Shown here: positions 45,113-53,105 of the stretch, piece after piece
Numbering within the stretch: the first letter of the stretch is position 1
How the letters are laid out: each line of letters opens with the position of its first letter
Origin: Candidatus Saccharimonadales bacterium
GTDB taxonomy: Bacteria; Patescibacteriota; Saccharimonadia; Saccharimonadales; OMJO01
Assembly: GCA_035480035.1 (NCBI GenBank)
Contig: DATIID010000001.1
Span: 457,323-521,322, forward strand
Direction of reading: 5' to 3'
DNA: 64,000 nt
The notes under the pieces: model-generated
Told to the model about the DNA's origin: nothing
Database searches by the model: none
What the model saw: the letters and a program-made list of their open reading frames with translations, nothing else
Made by a program: the position numbers and the translations under genes

Positions 45113-45314
45113 TGAATTCTTCCTCAAAAATTTCTAATTCATCGTCAACTTTATGTTGATTAACGCGTTCCATAATATAGGCAGCTATTTTTATAGCTTC
45201 GGCATTTCGATACTCTATGCTAGGGCTAAGGCCTATTCGATCAAGAATACCGTCAGCTATTTCCAGTGCCTCAAAATCATCAACATCGCTTAGCCAGTTT
45301 TCTCTATTAGCCAT
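45105..45314 (-). CDS. 69-aa acidic hypothetical protein coupled to dnaJ
   Basis: Its stop overlaps the dnaJ start in ATGGCTAA (8 nt). Confidence 0.5.
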   Translation of the reverse strand: MANRENWLSDVDDFEALEIADGILDRIGLSPSIEYRNAEAIKIAAYIMERVNQHKVDDELEIFEEEFNG

Positions 45315-45367
45315 CTTGTGTTATTTTACCTTATTAAATTTCAAAGTGATTATACCTAGTACACAAA

Positions 45368-45808
45368 CTAGCCGCCCCAAGGCTCAAAGCCTGAACTGTG
45401 ATGTATTGGCTCGTGGTAGTCCCAAGGATTAAAGGCCCCTTGACAATCTTTATTGGGACATCTCCACCAAGTTGATTTTTTACTATGTCTTTCATCCGCT
45501 TGTAGCGGCATTTCCAACCCTACAGCATAGCAACTAGGGCAATACGGTTGGTCCTTATCTTTATCGGTTTTAAGCCAATAAACACTATATGCCAGTTCAA
45601 ACCTGCTTCTTGTGTCTAATTGTTCTCTGGCTTTGCGCAGTTTAATTGCAATGTTTCTAATTTTTTCTTCAAGATCAAATTTTTCTTGTTGCAGTACTGC
45701 AATAACCGCAAGGCCCTCAAGTATCTGCTTTTGTTCGGGTATTTTTTTTGCTTTACCGTAAACATCCGCAGCTGACTTCATTGCCTTAACTGCAGTAGTT
45801 ATATCCAT
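45368..45808 (-). CDS. coiled-coil + zinc-ribbon protein between dnaK and dnaJ
   Basis: It shares a TAATG junction with dnaK, with AAGGAAA as SD. It has CPSC...x24...CPNKDC and ends in PWGG. Confidence 0.55.
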   Translation of the reverse strand: MDITTAVKAMKSAADVYGKAKKIPEQKQILEGLAVIAVLQQEKFDLEEKIRNIAIKLRKAREQLDTRSRFELAYSVYWLKTDKDKDQPYCPSCYAVGLEMPLQADERHSKKSTWWRCPNKDCQGAFNPWDYHEPIHHSSGFEPWGG

Positions 45809-47727
45809 TATTTTTCCTTGTCGTCGACAACTTCGCCTTCCACGGCGTCGTCTTTCTTGGATTTCTTATCGTCCTTCTTATCTTCAGAATCCTCAGCTGG
45901 CTTGTCTTCCTTTTGAGCCTGTTCGTACATCTTGGTGCCAATTGGCATGATTTTGTCTGTCAACTCCTTGGCGGCCGTTTCGAGCGCATCTTTTTCAGCT
46001 TTTTCATCAGCTACCACTTTTTTGGCGGCTTCAACAGCGTCATCGATAGTCTTGGTGTCTTCTTCAGAGATTTTGTCTTTATTGTCAGTTTTCATTTTTT
46101 CAGCTTGGTAAACTGCGCTGTCAAGTAAGTTACGAGCGTCAATTGACTCACGCTTCTTCTTGTCTTCATCAGCGTGAGCTTCGGCTTCTTTGGCCATTTT
46201 CTCGACATCATCCTTAGACAAATTACCACTGTTTTGAATGGTAATACTCTGCTCTTTACCCGAACCCTTGTCCTTAGCCGTAACATTTAAAATGCCGTTG
46301 GCATCGAGGTTAAAAGTCACTTCGATTTGTGGTACACCACGGGGAGCCGATGGGATGCCGTCCAAAATGAACCGGCCAAGCGACTTGTTGTCAGCTACCA
46401 TTTCACGCTCACCCTGAACCACATGAATTTCTACTTGCGGCTGATTATCAGCGGCTGTTGAGAATACTTCACTTTTAGAAGTTGGAATCGTTGTGTTACG
46501 AGTAATTAATTTGGTTGAAACACCGCCTAGGGTTTCAATACCTAAGCTCAGCGGTGTAACATCAAGTAGTAAGACGTCTTTGACATCGCCTTGCAATACA
46601 CCGCCTTGGATAGCTGCACCGATGGCAACGACTTCGTCTGGGTTAACACCTTGCATTGGCTCCTTGCTAAATATGTCTTTTACCTTCTTCTGCACAGACG
46701 GCATGCGGGTCATTCCACCGACCAATACAACTGCGTCTATGTCGCTGGCCTTAAAACCGGCATCTTTCAAGGCTTTTTCGCTTGGATCGGCGGTTTTATT
46801 AATTAACTCGCCGACTAAACTTTCTAGCTTAGCGCGAGTTAGTTTGTGCTCGAAGTGTTTTGGACCATCAGCATCGGCTGTTAAGAACGGTAAGTTAATA
46901 TCAACTTCATTGGTTGTAGACAGCTCGATCTTAGCTTTCTCGGCTTCGTCACGCAAGCGCTGCATAGCGGCTTTGTCCTCGGTAATGTCTAGGCCATGCT
47001 CTTTTTTAAATTCATCAGCAAAATAGTTAACTAGGACTCTGTCAAAGTCAGCTCCACCTAAGTGCGTGTCGCCATTGGTACTTTTAACTTCAAAAACACC
47101 ATCACCAAGCTCTAGAATCGAAACATCAAAGGTACCACCACCAAGGTCGTAAACAGCAATTTTTTCATCTTTTTTCTTATCTTTGTCCAAACCGTAAGCC
47201 AAAGCCGCGGCAGTTGGCTCGTTAATAATTCGCTTAACCTCTAAGCCAGCAATTTTACCAGCATCTTTAGTAGCTTGACGCTGTGAGTCATCAAAGTAAG
47301 CCGGTACGGTAATCACCGCTTCGGTAACTGGTTCACCCAAGAAAGTCTCAGCATCACTTTTCAGTTTTCCAAGAATCATAGCGCTAATCTCTTCTGGACT
47401 ATATTCCTTGTCGCCCATCTTGACCTTCACACTATTGCCGCTTTTGACCATCTCATAACCCATCAGTTTGATGTCGCGTTGTACTTCTTTGTCTTCCCAA
47501 CGCCGACCAATCAAACGTTTTACTTCATAAATAGTGTTTTTCGGATTGGTCACTTGCTGGCGGCGGGCCACTTGGCCAACTAAACGCTCACCATTTTTAT
47601 TAACCGCGACAACACTCGGGGTTGTACGATTGCCTTCCGAATTAGCAATAATCTCAGCTTTGCCAGCTTGCATGACAGCCATGGCTGAGTTGGTCGTACC
47701 TAAGTCAATTCCGATTATTTTGCCCAT
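45808..47727 (-). CDS. dnaK: chaperone DnaK (Hsp70)
   Basis: It has [17 protein letters not shown] and full-length Hsp70 similarity. Confidence 0.98.
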   Translation of the reverse strand: MGKIIGIDLGTTNSAMAVMQAGKAEIIANSEGNRTTPSVVAVNKNGERLVGQVARRQQVTNPKNTIYEVKRLIGRRWEDKEVQRDIKLMGYEMVKSGNSVKVKMGDKEYSPEEISAMILGKLKSDAETFLGEPVTEAVITVPAYFDDSQRQATKDAGKIAGLEVKRIINEPTAAALAYGLDKDKKKDEKIAVYDLGGGTFDVSILELGDGVFEVKSTNGDTHLGGADFDRVLVNYFADEFKKEHGLDITEDKAAMQRLRDEAEKAKIELSTTNEVDINLPFLTADADGPKHFEHKLTRAKLESLVGELINKTADPSEKALKDAGFKASDIDAVVLVGGMTRMPSVQKKVKDIFSKEPMQGVNPDEVVAIGAAIQGGVLQGDVKDVLLLDVTPLSLGIETLGGVSTKLITRNTTIPTSKSEVFSTAADNQPQVEIHVVQGEREMVADNKSLGRFILDGIPSAPRGVPQIEVTFNLDANGILNVTAKDKGSGKEQSITIQNSGNLSKDDVEKMAKEAEAHADEDKKKRESIDARNLLDSAVYQAEKMKTDNKDKISEEDTKTIDDAVEAAKKVVADEKAEKDALETAAKELTDKIMPIGTKMYEQAQKEDKPAEDSEDKKDDKKSKKDDAVEGEVVDDKEK

Positions 47728-47742
47728 TTAATTTACCTTCCT

Positions 47743-47769
47743 TTAGCAATAGAGTTAATTGAGTGCTAA
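47743..47769. promoter_or_regulatory. degenerate second CIRCE-like inverted repeat overlapping the dnaK RBS region
   Basis: TTAGCAATA-N9-GAGTGCTAA, with 7/9 and 9/9 matches to the TTAGCACTC-N9-GAGTGCTAA consensus. Confidence 0.5.
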
Positions 47770-47778
47770 AACAAGTAT

Positions 47779-47808
47779 ATCATACAAAAGTTAGCACTCT
47801 AATGTCAA
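47779..47808 (-). promoter_or_regulatory. candidate dnaK promoter interleaved with CIRCE
   Basis: On the minus strand, TTGACA lies inside the CIRCE spacer (47808-47803), followed by 18 nt and TATGAT (47784-47779). Confidence 0.5.
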
Positions 47809-47817
47809 GAGTGCTAG
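47791..47817. promoter_or_regulatory. CIRCE operator (HrcA binding site) upstream of dnaK
   Basis: TTAGCACTC-taatgtcaa-GAGTGCTAG. Confidence 0.9.
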
Positions 47818-47822
47818 TCTAC

Positions 47823-48062
47823 CTAGCTCTCTTCTCTAGGTCTACTCAAAATACTGGCATCTACAATCTCTATTGGCAGTCTATCTAGTTCTGTGGCGGT
47901 TATTCGTCCGCCGCCTTCAACCAAGTAAACAATATCTATTGGCTCAAATTCGGTACCTAATACATCGAATAATTTTTCTGCGTGTCTGTGGTTTAACTCT
48001 AAAATCGTTTTTATTGCTGGAGCATTTGGGCTATTTGGATAGCGCAACTCTTCTTTTCTCAT
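47823..48062 (-). CDS. 79-aa hypothetical protein between grpE and dnaK
   Basis: The ATG is 1 nt after the grpE stop, with AAGGA upstream. No family is recognised. Confidence 0.5.
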   Translation of the reverse strand: MRKEELRYPNSPNAPAIKTILELNHRHAEKLFDVLGTEFEPIDIVYLVEGGGRITATELDRLPIEIVDASILSRPREES

Positions 48063-48063
48063 C

Positions 48064-48510
48064 TTACTTTATCCTTCGCACTTTAACCAAAGCGTGACGG
48101 ATTATGTTATTGCCGATTTTATAGCCAGACTGAAGCTCTTCGCTGACAATTTCATGTTTACCTGCACCATCCTCCAAACTAACTGCTTCATGTAGGTGGG
48201 GGTCAAAATGCTCGCCGACAGTTTTAATCTTCTCCACACCCATTTGATTAAGGGTTTGCTCAAATTGTTTAACAACTCCGTTTACGCCTTTGACATATTC
48301 GTTGCCTTCTAACTCTTTTGGCACGTGCTTTAGAGCTCGCTCGAAATTATCAATCACTGGCAACAGTTGTTCAACTACGTTGGCCTTAACGTTTTCTCTT
48401 AAACTTATAATTTGTTCACTGTGCCGGCGGCGGATGTTTTCAGCATCAGCTCGTTCTCGCTGAAGCGCCTCGGTTAAATCTTTAATGGTTGGTTTTTTTG
48501 GTTTAGCCAT
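48064..48510 (-). CDS. grpE: nucleotide exchange factor GrpE
   Basis: It has GrpE C-terminal signatures (FDPHLHEAV...) and a coiled-coil N-terminus. Confidence 0.93.
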   Translation of the reverse strand: MAKPKKPTIKDLTEALQRERADAENIRRRHSEQIISLRENVKANVVEQLLPVIDNFERALKHVPKELEGNEYVKGVNGVVKQFEQTLNQMGVEKIKTVGEHFDPHLHEAVSLEDGAGKHEIVSEELQSGYKIGNNIIRHALVKVRRIK

Positions 48511-48787
48511 TTAAGCCTCTCAAGCTCAAAGTCTTCAGATCCAGATCAAGCTCAACCGGGAATTCTTCAATGGCTTCACTAACTCGATGAGCGGCAAGGT
48601 AGGCTAAGGCTGCAGTTTGACCTTCATCTATTCTGAATTCTTCTTGTAAAAAATGCTGCGTAGCTTTTGATATTTTAGGTGAACCAGTGTTATCCAAAGC
48701 GGCAAATGCTTCTTTCATAAATGCCCCAGCGCATGGACTTTTGAAAAATGGGTCGTCGAGGTCTTCACCACGAATGATTTCACTCAT
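48503..48787 (-). CDS. 94-aa acidic hypothetical protein between hrcA and grpE
   Basis: It has 8-nt overlaps on both sides (ATGAGTGA with hrcA, ATGGCTAA with grpE) and a GAGG SD. Confidence 0.5.
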   Translation of the reverse strand: MSEIIRGEDLDDPFFKSPCAGAFMKEAFAALDNTGSPKISKATQHFLQEEFRIDEGQTAALAYLAAHRVSEAIEEFPVELDLDLKTLSLRGLNG

Positions 48788-49487
48788 ACAAAACCTCTTC
48801 CAAAGTTTGTCCGGCGCGGCGCACCAAGGTCATGACATCACGGTATTGCTGCCTGGTTGGGCCAAGCACGCCAATATAACTTCTGTCAGAATAAGGACTG
48901 CGGAAACGACTAATGATTAAGCTAGCGCCGGCGCTACGACCGATTGGATTTTCCGAACCGATGTAAACGCTTAATGGTTCATTTGGTGCAGCTTCACGTA
49001 ACCAAGGCTCCAGATTATCAAGTAGTCTAGCAACTTGTTGAACGTGTTGGCCATCAATAAACTCCGGCTGGCCAAATAAATTTGATAAACCACTCATGTA
49101 CAACTGATCACCCAGTGTGGCCATGCCCAAGTTGTGGGTCAGTTCTACGAGCGTATCAACGGCATTGCGGATGGTCCGTTCAGGCAAACCGCCACCCTCA
49201 ACCCTGGCTGTTAAAGCTCGAGAGGCTCGACGCTGGTCATGAGTTTCGACTTGGTCATTGCTAACTTCATTTACGTAAAAACGATAACCTTTGTCGGTCG
49301 GGACACGGCCAGCACTGGTGTGTGGTTGATGAATCAAACCCAAATGTTCCAGTTCAGCCATTTCAGTCCTAATAGTTGCTGAAGACACGCCAAAAGCTTT
49401 AGATAATAAACTAGACCCGACTGGGCTAGCTACTTCGGCATACTGCTCGATAATCGCCGACAGTATTTTCCTTTGACGCTCTGTCAT
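48780..49487 (-). CDS. hrcA: heat-inducible transcription repressor HrcA (short form)
   Basis: It has an N-terminal winged helix (MTERQRKILSAIIEQYAEVASPVGS) and a CIRCE operator directly upstream. Confidence 0.9.
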   Translation of the reverse strand: MTERQRKILSAIIEQYAEVASPVGSSLLSKAFGVSSATIRTEMAELEHLGLIHQPHTSAGRVPTDKGYRFYVNEVSNDQVETHDQRRASRALTARVEGGGLPERTIRNAVDTLVELTHNLGMATLGDQLYMSGLSNLFGQPEFIDGQHVQQVARLLDNLEPWLREAAPNEPLSVYIGSENPIGRSAGASLIISRFRSPYSDRSYIGVLGPTRQQYRDVMTLVRRAGQTLEEVLYE

Positions 49488-49507
49488 AATGTTGATAATT
49501 GTACGCC

Positions 49508-49534
49508 ACTAGCACTCGTTATACAAGAGTGCTA
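49508..49534. promoter_or_regulatory. CIRCE operator upstream of hrcA
   Basis: CTAGCACTC-gttatacaa-GAGTGCTAG, a perfect 9-bp inverted repeat with an N9 spacer. Confidence 0.9.
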
Positions 49535-49604
49535 GCCAAGTTAAACTAGACATCCGGCAATACTCAGGATTGTTGATTAATACAAGATTGGCTATAGTAA
49601 CAAG

Positions 49605-50234
49605 ATGAAAGTTCAGAAAAATTCTGTCAATCTCGATGTCATTAAACAATGGTTAGGTAATGGCTCAATCAATGTGTTTGGTTTGCCCTTTTCCGGCAAA
49701 GATACACACGGCCATAGTCTGGCCAAAGTATTGGACGGACAATTAATTGGCGGCGGCGAAATAATTAGAAGTGTGTCAGCACCACAACACATGAAAGATC
49801 ATATTGCGACGGGTGAGTTGACGCCGACAAATGAATACCTGGACTTAGTTTTGCCTTATTTATTTCAACCCAAATACGCCAATCAGCCATTAGTATTAAG
49901 CTCCGTCGGACGATGGCATGGTGAAGAATCCAGTGTTGTTGAAGCGGCAGATAGGTCTGGTCATCCAATTAAAGCTGTGATTTATTTAAAAATTGATCCG
50001 ACTGAAGCCCGTCGTCGACACGATTTATCGGTGAAATCCGGCGATCGTGGGTTACGTGGCGAAGACGCAATTGATGTTTTGGATAAAAGATTTGACGAAT
50101 TTAAGCAAAAAACTTTACCAGTGATTGAATATTATCGACACAAAGGACTGTTAATTGAGATTGACGGCAAACCTCCCATCAGTTCGGTCAGCCAGGCAAT
50201 TTTAAACCAATTGTCGATGAAAGCTCAAAGTTAG
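49605..50234 (+). CDS. divergent adenylate-kinase-fold (NMP kinase) protein
   Basis: It is collinear with Adk: the P-loop region FGLPFSGKDTHG (compare GAPGAGKGT), the NMP-binding region, and the C-terminal LPVIEYYRHKGLLIEIDG. Confidence 0.55.
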   Translation: MKVQKNSVNLDVIKQWLGNGSINVFGLPFSGKDTHGHSLAKVLDGQLIGGGEIIRSVSAPQHMKDHIATGELTPTNEYLDLVLPYLFQPKYANQPLVLSSVGRWHGEESSVVEAADRSGHPIKAVIYLKIDPTEARRRHDLSVKSGDRGLRGEDAIDVLDKRFDEFKQKTLPVIEYYRHKGLLIEIDGKPPISSVSQAILNQLSMKAQS

Positions 50235-50310
50235 CGACCTCTCCGTTAATAATCCTATTGCTATTTCGGCTTAACAGTAGTTTATTAAGAAGTATAAAAA
50301 GGAGTGTCTT

Positions 50311-50730
50311 ATGGAAGTAACTATCAATTGGTGGGCTGTTGTGGCAGCCGTCATCGTTAACATGGTTGTGGGCGCTATCTGGTATTCGCCAGCTATGTTC
50401 GCAAAAGAATGGTCTAAGTTAACAGGCCGAAAAATGAATGAGATGGGCGACGGCATGAGGGGCTACATCTTTACAGCTGTTGGCGCATTGTTACAAGCCA
50501 TTATCCTGCTTCATTTCATTACCTATGCTCGTAGTTACTACTCATCAAACTACACTGACGCCATGGTTGGACTGCTGACAGCCGCTTGGGCTTGGATTGC
50601 ATTTGTAGCTGTTCCTCAGGGTGTCAACATGGTTTTCGCCAACACCCGTAAAAAACTACTCGCCATTAACACCGGCTACTTTTTAGTCGTGTTGTTAATC
50701 AACGGTGTTATATTAGCTACCTGGCATTAA
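50311..50730 (+). CDS. DUF1761-like membrane protein
   Basis: INWWAVVAAVIVNMVVGAIWYSPAMFAKEW matches that family's N-terminus as I remember it. It has four TM segments. Confidence 0.55.
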   Translation: MEVTINWWAVVAAVIVNMVVGAIWYSPAMFAKEWSKLTGRKMNEMGDGMRGYIFTAVGALLQAIILLHFITYARSYYSSNYTDAMVGLLTAAWAWIAFVAVPQGVNMVFANTRKKLLAINTGYFLVVLLINGVILATWH

Positions 50731-52508
50731 TCGCGTTTGAGTAAAACCGTGAAGGCTTCGGCCGGAATATCAACTTTGCCGAAACGTTTCATACGCTTTT
50801 TACCTTTGGCTTGTTTAGCTAACACCTTCTTTTTTCGTGATACATCACCACCGTATAGTCCGGTAGTAACATCTTTTCGGTAGGCACTAACATCCTCGCG
50901 GGCAATAAACTTACCGCCAATCGCTGCTTGCAAACTAACCTGAAAGTTTTGGCGTGGTATGATTTTTTTTAACTTTTCGACCGTACTTCGACCCAAGCTC
51001 TGCGCTTCAGTACGATGGACCATTAGACTCAAGGCATCAACACGTTCGCCGGCAACATAAAAGTCCAATTTTACTAAATCTTCGGCTCGATAATTATCTA
51101 GCTCATAATTAAATGAACCGTAGCCACTAGTCACGCTCTTTAGCTGATCATAAAAATCGGTTAGTAAATTAGCTAGTGGCGCTTCGAAACTAATCAGCGC
51201 TAACTGGGCATCAACATAGCTCAGGTTTTTTTGTAAACCACGTTTGCTGGCAATCAATTGCATAACAGCTCCGACATAATCTTTGGGACAAACTATTTCA
51301 CCTTTAATCCACGGCTCGCGAATTTCATTGATACTGGCGGGATCTGGTAAATCAGTGGCACTCTTGATATCCAGCTCATTACCGTTAAGTAGATTTATCT
51401 CATAATCGGTTGACGGGTTAGTAATGACTAAATCTAAATTGTATTCACGCTCTAAACGTTCTTTGATGATATCCATATGAAGTAATCCTAAAAAGCCAAT
51501 CCGTACACCAAAACCAAGTACTGGTGAGTTTTCCGGCTCAAACCGAAGTGCCGAATCGCTCAAACTCAATCGTTCAATAGCATCTTTTAACTCCTGATAA
51601 AATTCATTGCTTTCAGGATAAAAGCCAGCATAGACAAATGGTTTGATTTCTTTATAGCCTGGCAAAGGTTGCCTCGCTGGCAACTGGACCAAGGTGACCG
51701 TGTCACCAACTTTTGCCTCACTGGTACTCTTTAGATTAGTTACAATGTAGCCGATTTCACCAGTTTTTAATTCTTTAGTAGATGACATGTCAGGTATCAA
51801 ACAACCGACTTCAAGGGCAATGCCATTATGTTCGGTGCTCATCATTTGAATTTGATTATTTTGGTTAATTGATCCGTCAACCATGCGAATATATTGGATT
51901 ACACCGCGGTAATCATCGTAATAACTGTCAAAAATTAAAGCCCGAGTCGGTTTGGTCGGATCACCACTTGGCGGTGGGATATCATTTATAGCTCGTTGCA
52001 AAACCATTTCCACGCCTTGCCCGGTTTTAGCTGAGATTAATAGAATATCTTCCTTTTTACAGTTGAGTAAACTGACAACTTCAGCACTAACCCGCTCCAC
52101 GTCAGCCGCTGGCAAGTCAATTTTGTTTAACACTGGAATGATTGTTAAATCGGCCTCCATAGCCAAATAAACATTAGCCAGAGTCTGAGCTTGAATACCC
52201 TGGCTGGCATCAACAACTAAAACGGCTCCTTCGCAGGCTTCCAGACTACGCGAAACTTCGTAACTAAAATCAACATGGCCAGGTGTATCAATTAAATTCA
52301 ATTCGTAGCCCTGATAGTTCATCCGAACCGGCGCCAATTTAATGGTAATGCCTTTTTCGCGTTCCAGATCCATCTTGTCAAGCAGTTGAGCTTTCATGTT
52401 TCGCTTCTCGACTGTACCAGTAATTTCCAGCAAGCGGTCAGCCAAGGTCGACTTCCCGTGATCAATATGAGCAATGATACAAAAATTGCGAATATGGTCT
52501 TGTTTCAT
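50727..52508 (-). CDS. lepA: translation elongation factor 4 (LepA)
   Basis: It has NFCIIAHIDHGKSTLADR and a LepA-specific C-terminal domain. Confidence 0.97.
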   Translation of the reverse strand: MKQDHIRNFCIIAHIDHGKSTLADRLLEITGTVEKRNMKAQLLDKMDLEREKGITIKLAPVRMNYQGYELNLIDTPGHVDFSYEVSRSLEACEGAVLVVDASQGIQAQTLANVYLAMEADLTIIPVLNKIDLPAADVERVSAEVVSLLNCKKEDILLISAKTGQGVEMVLQRAINDIPPPSGDPTKPTRALIFDSYYDDYRGVIQYIRMVDGSINQNNQIQMMSTEHNGIALEVGCLIPDMSSTKELKTGEIGYIVTNLKSTSEAKVGDTVTLVQLPARQPLPGYKEIKPFVYAGFYPESNEFYQELKDAIERLSLSDSALRFEPENSPVLGFGVRIGFLGLLHMDIIKERLEREYNLDLVITNPSTDYEINLLNGNELDIKSATDLPDPASINEIREPWIKGEIVCPKDYVGAVMQLIASKRGLQKNLSYVDAQLALISFEAPLANLLTDFYDQLKSVTSGYGSFNYELDNYRAEDLVKLDFYVAGERVDALSLMVHRTEAQSLGRSTVEKLKKIIPRQNFQVSLQAAIGGKFIAREDVSAYRKDVTTGLYGGDVSRKKKVLAKQAKGKKRMKRFGKVDIPAEAFTVLLKRD

Positions 52509-52546
52509 AACAGTTCGTCATTATAACAGTGACAGAGGTAATATAG

Positions 52547-53047
52547 CTAATTAGCTTGCAAGGCCGATGCTCTTAATTCGGTAACTTTGCGGGCTGCATT
52601 AACAATCACTTCGGATGGCCGTAAACTATACTCAACCACAGCGGCGTAACCACGCTCTAACAAAGCTTTCTCCAGGCGCTGATTCATTGGGTTCGATGGT
52701 ACATAAATGGCGGGTGTTTCTAGCTCAAGTTGATCGATAATTTGCGGTACTTCAAAAGTCATATCACCACCCTGGTGATCATATTCTTTGACGGCATCTA
52801 TGACTACGAGCGTGCCTAGTTCGCCGGCGTGAAGGTGAGGCACCTGTTTTTCTAGGGCCGTAATTGAGCCTAAAACGTTAGTCACGAAATGGCCTTCTTC
52901 GCGCATTCTTTGTCGATAACCATTTCTGGTATCAAAAAATTCTCCAGCGGACTCACCGAGGAGTGACACAGCCACACCGCCAAGTTGTTCCCAAAACGGT
53001 TTACCGCCTACATACATCTCTGCAGGCAGTGATTCTAATTTTGACAT
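52547..53047 (-). CDS. hypothetical protein (166 aa)
   Basis: It is a clean ORF between murJ and lepA on the same strand. No family is recognised. Confidence 0.5.
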   Translation of the reverse strand: MSKLESLPAEMYVGGKPFWEQLGGVAVSLLGESAGEFFDTRNGYRQRMREEGHFVTNVLGSITALEKQVPHLHAGELGTLVVIDAVKEYDHQGGDMTFEVPQIIDQLELETPAIYVPSNPMNQRLEKALLERGYAAVVEYSLRPSEVIVNAARKVTELRASALQAN

Positions 53048-53105
53048 CGATTAGATAATACACCTACCACACAACAAGTAAACAATAAAAATGTTGTGTA
53101 ATTTT

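Noticed and set aside
45806-45808. C-terminal Gly-Gly of orf146 (and Asn-Gly ends of orf94/orf69) as Pup/ubiquitin-like modifier tails for the PafA/Dop homologue
   Set aside because: Pup needs a terminal Gln/Glu after GG and a disordered ~60-aa body. orf146 is a Zn-ribbon protein, and the NG ends are explained by the ATGGCTAA overlap. There is no supporting evidence.
46493-47026. 177-aa plus-strand ORF (and 45913-46128, 46591-46806, 47534-47731) inside dnaK
   Set aside because: These are antisense shadow ORFs of a highly conserved, codon-biased gene. They have a low-complexity S/T/A/L composition and no SD or promoter.
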